Of a stretch of DNA of 64,000 nucleotides, positions 55,296 through 64,000 are shown piece by piece. The stretch's first letter is position 1. Each line of letters begins with the position of its first letter. The DNA is taken from contig OZ316776.1 in NCBI GenBank assembly GCA_973851085.1, positions 12,338,001 to 12,402,000 on the forward strand, in the 5' to 3' direction. The notes beneath the pieces are model-generated. The model did no database searches. It was not told the DNA's origin and saw only the letters and a program-made list of their open reading frames with translations. The position numbers and the translations under genes were made by a program. The DNA is from Ptychomitrium polyphyllum (lineage: Eukaryota).

Positions 55296-58200
55296 AGTCT
55301 ATCATTTACATTACCATCAATTACTAAATTCTTATAATTTATAATTTAGGCTTTGTGATTTGTGGTCAAGCAATGAGATTGGATACAAATGAAATTATGG
55401 AGTAGTGGTAATAGAAAAGAAAGGAAATTTACACTAGTTTAAGAAGAAAGACATGTGATTGACATGAACTTGATGCATAGTGGTTATGAAATTAAATGTA
55501 GGTGATTGCGCATTTATTAATTGATGATTATTAGTTCTTTTTTGAATGGCTAATGGGTTGATTCACTTGTGCCTTTTGGAATTTTGCAACAATACTATTT
55601 GCAAAAATACCATTTACACATTCCAAACTAAATTCTTCTCTATCAAAAAATTAATTTAACGTTGCTGTGAATTTCAAATTTTACTTTCTATATACTAAAA
55701 ATTTAAGCAATGTCGTAAAAGTAAGCATTCCTTATTGTGGTAATAATAGACTCTTTTATTTTAAATCTTATCTTTTTATTTCCATATAAATACAAAAGGA
55801 TGTAAATGAAATGATTGTAGGATAGAAATATTATAATCAGATTTACAAATAAAAATGACATTGTCATAAAAATTAAACATATTTGCTAATAGGAATAAAA
55901 ATAAGATTTGTACAAAATACAAATGAAAAACGTTTTTCAAAGAAATGATGAATTATTAAGTTTGAAAGTGAAATATGCAAAGAGGTTTACTTTCAATATT
56001 TTAAAATTTTAAATTCACTAAATTATAATTCATTTTTTAATCAATTAAAAAAATTCTACTAATTCTACTGCAATTTTTTACAAATCTTGTCATAATTTGT
56101 CTTCAAACTATATTACAATTTTTTCAATACTTATTTCTAAATCTAATTTAAAACTTGTAATTTTATTACAAAATAGATCATTTGAATCTACAAAAAATTT
56201 AAAGTAAATATGACAATATAAGTCTTTCATTTTAATTGAAATTTTTTAAGTAATATTTAAATTCTTATTGAAAATATAAAAAATAAGAAAGATTAATTAT
56301 TTGAAGTTAATTAAATAGAGTTCAAAGGAAGCAACTTGGTCATTGATTGAACTTAATAGAAAGATATAAGATGTTTAAAAAAGGAATAAAAGAGTTACTT
56401 TCTTCAATCCTTGATATAAAGTAATTATCTTTTGTGCACAAAGATGGTTCTTTTACACTTAATATAAAAGATAAGTCAATTATATACTTCTAATGAAATT
56501 GTATAATATGTACTTTTATAGATATGACATTTATAAGTCTCAATTTATTTTTTATAATTATAAAATAATGATAAAATATATAAGCTACAAAAAAATATAA
56601 AAATTGAAGTTTAAAAAGGTATATATATAAAAATCAAGTATTTAAAGAATTTTCATTTTGAAATATGAATTAAAGTTTGATTTGATTGATTCATTTAAGA
56701 ATTTGATTTTGATGATTGTGATTTCTAAAGAAATAAATAACTTTTATTTAACAAAACAACAATTGCAAAAACTACCAATGCATAGAGATGGCATCAATGT
56801 CAAAAGTAAATTAACACTATCATCATACCAAAAGTAATTAGGGCATGATAGGAATGAATTATTGTTTAGAAAGTTTGTGTGAATAAATTTTTTTTTGAAG
56901 TTGGTTGGATAATTAAATGTTTGGCTTTTTTTCTTTATCCTTAATTTTCTTCAAATCTTATTTAAATTGATTGAGGTTGGAATTTAGAAGCCAAAGGCCT
57001 TAAAAGTTTGATGTAAATGATGGCAATCTGCCAATTTATTAAATGTGAAGTGTTTCTTTGTTGGCTTCAATTGTTGAACAATGCCAATTCAATTGAGAAA
57101 TGATAAAAGCTAGAAAATAGAAGCTTATTGGTTGTAGAGATATAAACAATTATCTACTATATGGAAAATTGTGAAATACATGTATTCTTATGCATGCTTA
57201 AATCTATGATACTATCCATTAGCAATATGGAGACATATAAAGCTTTTTTTTTCAAAGAAAAACTAGTTTTTTGAAAATGCGGCATTAAATTGTGGCAATC
57301 TCAAGTAGTAATGGCAATGGTACAAGTGTTTTTTTATTAAGTTTTTTTTTGTAACTCCATTTGTTTTTATAACATGGAGAGAGCAACTAACACTTTATGC
57401 ATGGTTGGCAACGAGGTCAGAGAAATGGCTTTGCAAATTTGGAATATTATGTAATAACACCATCTCATTGATAATTTACATAAATAATTATTTTCATTAG
57501 AATAATTGAATGATGATGAGTTTATACTTCACACTAAGTTATTTATAGAAATAAATAAATATATTATTAATAGTAAGATTTTTACACCATAGAGATTTTT
57601 TTACCAATTTTATTGCCACCTATTTATAGAAGCTTAAGACATCAATCAATCTTAAGCAAGTTAACATCTTTACCATCTACAGCTTTTCTACAACTTTTGT
57701 TATTATTTGTTTGAAGAGTCATATAATTGGGTGTAAAATTGATGTGTAAATACTTGAAATATGCGTGGTCAAGAAATTATTCAAAATCTTTGAAATCAAA
57801 TGGGAAGAAATAATACAAGTAAGTTGCATCTATGTTAATGTGAAGTTCTACATAATACCATTATTGGAATTTTTTGCCTTGGATTATTCCTCTAATTTTA
57901 TTGCCAACTATTGCAAAAGATTAAATATTTTAAATGTGTATTAAAAACACAGGTTTAATACCTATGCATCAAAACTTCCATTAAATATTTGATACCAAGG
58001 ATGACCTAGTTAGAGGGTTGGTGACATAGTTGAGCAACATAAATCCATATCAACCAAAATTAAAAAAACCACAAAAAATAAATCTTAACTAGTATAGATA
58101 AATACTATGTATATATCATTTTATATCATGTCATGTACATTATGTGTCATAATACAAAAGAAAGTGTGCTATGTGAGACTCAACTAACAAATTAAATTTT

Positions 58201-58340
58201 AATAATTATATACAACTCTAATTTCTATATAGATTTAGTACCTTAGTATGCATTAATTTTGAATAAGTATGGCTGCTATCACATCAAAGATTTAATAGCA
58301 TATAAGGCAGGTTTATGAAAGATGTAAATCAAAGATGAAT

Positions 58341-58430
58341 AAAAGTAGAAATAAAATAAAGTACCTGTAAAAGTAAAAGTAAAAGTAAAAGTAAAATAAA
58401 GTACCTGTAAAAGTAAAAATAAAATAAAAT
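58341..58430. repeat. (GTAAAA)n tract with duplicated AAAATAAAGTACCTGTAAAAGTAAAA block upstream of ATP11
   Basis: Directly visible tandem hexamers and an internal duplication. Confidence 0.8.
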
Positions 58431-58881
58431 TCACAAGGGCGGACGGACGGCCTAAGACAGACGGCCTAAAATTATAAGGTTTCTTCGGCACTGCGTACAG
58501 AAACCTAAAATGCGAGGTCGAAATGAGAAATCTGGGGATGTAATGCGGGAGAATCGTCGTGGAGCTGTTGTGGAATTGCCATGGAACCATCGTGTAATCC
58601 GGGTGGAATCGTTGTGGAAGCACAGGGGAACATTCGCGATCGGATGCGCACAAGCAGAAGGGGACCAGCGACCGTGGGGGGCGAGAACAGGGGCAGGGAT
58701 GGCAAAAGAGCGCAGATTGTCGCCGTGAGTGTTCGAGGGGGCCAATGCAACTGCAAGCTCAAGTCGCAGGCGAAGGGAGCGCGACGGGCACCGCGAGGGC
58801 CGCCGCACTCGCTGCAAGCCAGGAGCGGCATTGCGCACCGCTGTCGAGCACCAACGGGCTGTGTAACTGGGCAGCGTTTCC

Positions 58882-60758
58882 ATGAGCAACTTCGGTCGCA
58901 CTCGTCGAGTGCTGTTCGCGTGCGGGCCGCTACTGCACCGCGCTGCAGACGGCAGGGGTTCAGGTTTTACGCCGCGGAGTTTGGAGCGATCGGTCTTTAC
59001 TTCTAGCCGGTGTCCGCGGGAGGATGCTGGATCATTGCAAGCGCGGCTATGGAGCCGTGCCAGTTTTGCGCGGTCCAAGTTCGCCAGTGGTTACACCGCG
59101 CTTGCGCCTAAGAAGCTGGAGCAGATTATGAAGGTCGAGACGGTCATCTTCTCGCCGCCGGAGGAGATTACGCAGATTTGGAATGATGTACGTTTTGGAT
59201 TTTCTGTCCTCTGCAACTTTGGCTGGGTTTGTCGGGTTCTAATTATTGGGAAGACTGGATTGTGGGTTCAAATTGGCGACAGTTGATCATTAGCTCGGAA
59301 TTGTTTCACGGCTCTCAGCACTGGACCTCGTGCAGCGGTGGGGATTTTTCTCAGTAGTCATTCTCGGGGTTTAATATTGGGGTTTAAGGTTCAGAATTAG
59401 GTTTTCGAGAAGTCCATAGCTGCTTGCCATTAACATAATTCTAGATACCACCACCAAATTCATTGGCTTTTTGGTCACCTGTTCTATGCTGGAATAATTA
59501 GGTATTCATCAAAACGAACATTCTACGATCTCTACAAATTATGCTGCTGTGTTTCATTTGTTTTGTCTCTCTGACAGTAGTCCTTCCGGAAAAAACATCA
59601 TTATGATCACATTTCGCTCTCAGTTGTCGAGGTTGTTTTAATTGGGTCTTTTGTGTGCATTTGGCTTGGTTAGTATCATATTGGACGTGGACATATAAGT
59701 GCTGTCATGGGCAGTGAACTCTACAAAGTCTTCGAACAACGGGCCAACGAGTGGTAACGATCTCTAACCTAGCACTTTGGAAGTGTGTTCCCTGGTTTCT
59801 GGTCTTTCTAGCGCAACGCTGTATTGTCTTTCTTCATCTGGTACATGATAATCCATGTCGTTACAGATTTTAAGCAGCGGTTTGTAGAAATTCGTCCCAC
59901 TTATGTTTATTACGAAATGTTGTATCCTAATTATCTTTTCATACTGAGTGATTTTTCTTTGACATGTCCGCAGCCCACTATTTGTGTTGCCTTTGAGGAA
60001 AGATCCTGGGTTCATTTCCATTGTTGTGCAAGGTGCGTATCTAAACAACTTTGATTCGCTAAGTCCTTGCATAATTATTTGAAGGCTGCAGTATTTAGAA
60101 TATTGAGCATTATTAATTTTGGCTGTTGAGAGGCTTTCTAATGCTGTGATTAGCTTTCAGTTTTAAGAATGGAATGTCAGTTCCCTGCGAGGCTTAGGAC
60201 CATTTAGGTATTGTTATCTACAAGTGTAGACTCTTGCGTGTATCAAGCTGATTCCGATGGTCTCGTATCTGATGGCAGTTGTGGGGTGACACTGTGCCAG
60301 CCCAAATGCCTTATATGCTCTTTACAGCTTTGGAAGACTACAGAGCCCGAGGGACTGAAGCTTCTCCGTACTTCACTGTGACTCATTTCACTGAGTTGGT
60401 ACCCACCAAGGGTCTAGTGTTGGTGAGGGGTGACATTGTTTTCACCAGCAAACTTTCTGATGACGAGGTATAATTCTTGTTGCTCTTCTACTAATGGCCA
60501 CTACTGTAATTGCTTAGGTGTGTACTTTCCATTGAGATTAATTGGCGGTTTCAGCTTGTTCAGAACCAAAAATGAGCTCTCTACATTCTTATTTATAGTC
60601 CCAAGATCTCTATTGGAATGCAGGCGGAGACGTTGTTGAAAATAGCTCACTCGTTTTACATCAACGATGAAAGATACAGGAAAGTTAGGAAATTCAACAA
60701 AGACAGTCGAGAATTTGATTTTAAAGAGGTTCTACAAGAGCTCAATATTCCTCTTTAG
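58882..60758 (+). CDS. ATP11: Mitochondrial F1-ATPase assembly factor ATP11/ATPAF1, 5 exons
   Basis: Exons 58882-59187, 59674-59753, 59974-60032, 60301-60467, 60624-60758. Presequence, then PKKLEQIMKVE...EITQIWND|YHIGRGHIS...CPLFVLPLR...FTALEDYR...SPYFTVTHFTEL...GLVLVRGDIV...FN....FDFKEVL. Confidence 0.92.
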
Positions 60759-61799
60759 GGCTAGTTCTGAGAATCCCTGGAGCGACCTTGATACTACGAA
60801 AAAATCTTGCGCGACACGCTAATTACAGCATCCACTGTGTCAGAGCATTGCCGAGTCTAGAAGGTTCTCGGCATGAGAACGAACCGCAACTGGATTTATG
60901 AGCATATCTCATCTTCCAGAATTTAGTTGAACCCCTTATTATTTAGTGTTGCTACTTTGTGCGAAGTCATAACCTCATGTAAGTTGTTGACTTATGGTGG
61001 ATTTGAAGAATGTTGCATTGTGTGATGACTTGCATAACGTCCAAATTACTGCAATACTGTGGCAGAAACCCTGGTTGAAATTGTAGGAGCAATAAAGATC
61101 TTTTCAATGCGCTTACTATTGTCAAATGCATTATCAAAGAGAGATAGAGGATATATCTTCCCATTACATTCTACCTAGCCAGATGAGCGTGCACCACTTC
61201 CACAATGGAGCATTTGGTCAGAAACTCTGATTGTAGATAATGTTTAGAAAAGTTTCGCGCTTGAGAGAAGAAGTTTTTGCCCTGCTGCCTACACCCATTT
61301 GAAATACATGAAACACATGCTCCGTATTACCTTTTTGAAAATCCCTTCACATCCCAGTTACAGTTTTCCGCACCAATTTTCCTTGGGATTAATTTCAACT
61401 GAAAGTTGAGTAAGATTCTCGTCATAGCAGCCAGAATCAGGTATGCTAACCAGGACATTGCCCAGCTAGCCAAGTTTTACTAGATTTCATTAGCAATTTA
61501 TTTAGTCTGAGAGTTGGAGATCTTCTTCATGGCACCCTAGAAAAGTCAGACGTAATAGATAACGAAGAAACTCATCGTTTTGTCTGTTGCATTTATAGGG
61601 TTCGTTCAAGCACAAGCATTTCAAGATTTCAGAGTATTGAAATGCTTCTCAAGTTGGATGCTGCGATCTCCGCATTCAGGTAAATTTCCACCCTCTGGCT
61701 TCTGAAGCTTGCATTATGAGATCTAGAGTGCCTGGCATTCCTCTGTTGAACTTGAAGCTATCTGTCATTCCGACCACTCTTTACGTTCTGAGCATGCTT

Positions 61800-62990
61800 G
61801 AATAGTTGGAACAGTGTCGTTTGGAGAAGAAGAGACAGTGTCCACCTCCGGCATGCATTTTAGAACACTGAAAGAGCAGTGGGATGCAGACATTCTTGCG
61901 CGGTTCATTTAGAGGTGAGCTAGAGGTTAGAGCAGTGGGATGCACATTCCGCTTGGTCTAGTATGCCTACATCACTGAATTTCATACGAGTTTTTTGAAA
62001 GGCATCTACAGTTCTTTGGACTTGTGGGGCAGGGAACATCCGCGTGGAGCTTCGTAACTTATTGTACGGTATCAAATCCAACAAGTGGATAAGCGTGACT
62101 TAGTTGGTTTTCATCAGACTTTTGGCGTAATGGCAAGTGATCAGCGAAAGTATATGAGTAACTCGAAGTATGCGTGTGATGGAGAGCTAATTTGTTTCGT
62201 TCTAGAAATGAGGATCTTGTCCAGTTCCGCAACCCGTATTGGCAATCTGGTAATGGATGATTGGAAAGCCTTGACTTGCTTGCCTTGTTTTTAGGTGAAA
62301 ATTGGAAGATGATTATGGTGCAGCTTGCTATTGACGAGTATTCCAAATTGTACGAGGTGATCTTGGTGTTTGGTGATGGGATCAAAAAGGACTATGCTGC
62401 ACAGTGCTACAGTTTCAAAGCAGGTGGATCAGTTTGGACTTTGGTCTAGTTTACGGAAATGGTTGTAGCCCATTTATGCATAATCAGGTGGATGTTCCTC
62501 GTGTTTTCGATTGCACAACAAGGACAATCTACCCAGCTTGTTAGCCGGTCTGACTAGAAAACTCTTAAAACAACAGAGACGATGTACAGGTTTGTTGATC
62601 GATCTGCTAACCCCGTAGCCGTATCTTGATGCTTCCGAGGGTGTTCATGCAAAACGATGTGCGGGTGTGACAGACCGCTTGTTTATGCTCCTTGAATCTT
62701 CCTCGAATCCGCATAATCTTACAGAGCTTTGGAATCCACGATGGGCAGAGTGGGCATGGCAAAGCAACATGAGGTTCCAGGTTTCAGAGCATGCATGGCA
62801 AAGCAACACATCTCACTTGAAGATCAGCAGCAGTGCATCGGAAAATATTTCATTTTGTCATAAAAACTACTCTTTTGTCAGCGGAGGGTCTATTAAGGGC
62901 TGGCATTATGACCCATCTGCGAATGATTGGCATCTTCTCTCAAATATGGGAGACTTATATGAATGATCTCAAGGATTATTCTGGTGTGAG
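61800..62990 (+). pseudogene. Degraded F-box/kelch-like pseudogene
   Basis: Fragments in shifting frames with stops: YACDGELICFVL...RIGNLVMDDWKALTCLP, MVQLAIDEYSKLYEVILV...AQCYSFKAGGSVW* and GWHYDPSANDWHLL. They follow the same motif order as the F-box gene at 19007-20918. Confidence 0.55.
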
Positions 62991-63102
62991 CTGAAAAAAT
63001 CAATCACAATAAAATATGGCTCTTAGTACATGTGAACAACAATTTACAAATAAAACCTGAAATGCAGAGAATCCTTTACCTTCTTAAAATATAATAATAT
63101 GA

Positions 63103-63222
63103 CTTCGTTCGTTCATTCGTTCATTAATTCGTTCGTTCGTTCATTCGTTCATTCGTTCATTCGTTCGATGAATCATTTATTCATTCCTTCATCCATTCAT
63201 GCATCCATCCATGCATTCATTC
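63103..63222. repeat. Compound (TTCG)n/(TTCA)n/(TCCA)n microsatellite
   Basis: ttcgttcgttcattcgttcatt... directly visible. Confidence 0.85.
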
Positions 63223-64000
63223 AAAGCATGTAAAACAGATGAATGTCAACATCAACAAAAACGAAAGAGTTCAATCCAGTGCATTTTGTTCAAGCACTAG
63301 CACTACACTAACGGCCAATAATCTCATTGTCCATTTATTATGCATTAAACCACCAGTAACAGCACCTCACCCCATGGTTCAAAAATTACCAACGGTGTGA
63401 AAAGATCTCCACCCCGTGATCCAAAGAAAATTTGCCGTGTGAACAGGCCCCACGCCGTGCTCGAAAGACAACGAAAAAAAACCGGAGAGGAATATTCGAC
63501 GTCGTCAACAGGAGCAGAATCGCCGGAAGATGCCCCAAAGAGGGGCTTTTGGGAAAACACTGCAGAGACGGCGACGGCCGTCGTCGTCGACGAAGATGTT
63601 ATCATCGACTGTAACCAGAGTCCCCGAAGTGGTGAAGAAAAGCCTCGGAAGAGCAGTGCAAAGTTGTCCTTGGCAATGGAAGTGGATAGGGAACGGAAGG
63701 AAGGAGCCAAAAGCACAAACCATGCTCGACACTCTTCCACGGTTCCCTTGCAAAGCTCATCCTCAAACCAAGCTGCAAGTTTTGAGCTTTGTGCACTCAC
63801 GATCTCGCTTTGTGCAGGTTTTTGGTGGCTGGTTTGTTTCAAAGCTCGCACCTTGGAGGCTCATGAGATAGGGTGGATGTGTGTGTGTGTGCGTGAGAGA
63901 GAGAGAGAGGGGCAGGGTGCGGTTTGTAAGAGAAGTTTGCCATGTGAAGGGTGTGGTGGTAGAGGTGGTGGTGGTGTTGCGAGGGGGATATGACAGTCGT

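Noticed and set aside
63345..63993. Overlapping 168-aa and 198-aa ORFs on opposite strands
   Set aside because: Non-ATG starts, simple-repeat content in the plus-strand ORF and no domain similarity.

Overview
Eukaryotic nuclear DNA, most likely from a moss (inferred from gene content, GT-AG spliced genes and gene islands separated by very AT-rich, CpG-poor spacers). Genes in order: intronless UBC7/UBE2G1-type E2 (+), 15-exon queuine tRNA-ribosyltransferase (+), a near-identical inverted second E2 copy (-), F-box protein (-), short COMM-domain gene directly upstream of it (-), COX10, bifunctional nuclease (DUF151), TCHQD-like GST, JmjC-only oxygenase (-), plastid ferredoxin, phosphoglucan water dikinase and ATP11. 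A solo LTR and an F-box pseudogene are also present. Two highlights stand out. (1) A COMMD ORF ends only 107 nt upstream of the F-box ATG, and the splice signals allow either a dicistronic mRNA or an in-frame COMMD-F-box fusion by exon skipping. (2) A 2.1-kb inverted duplication brackets the TGT gene, with near-identical GC-rich arms and diverged homologous flanks, consistent with GC-biased gene conversion and a potentially invertible segment. All exon models were built by hand and no searches were run.
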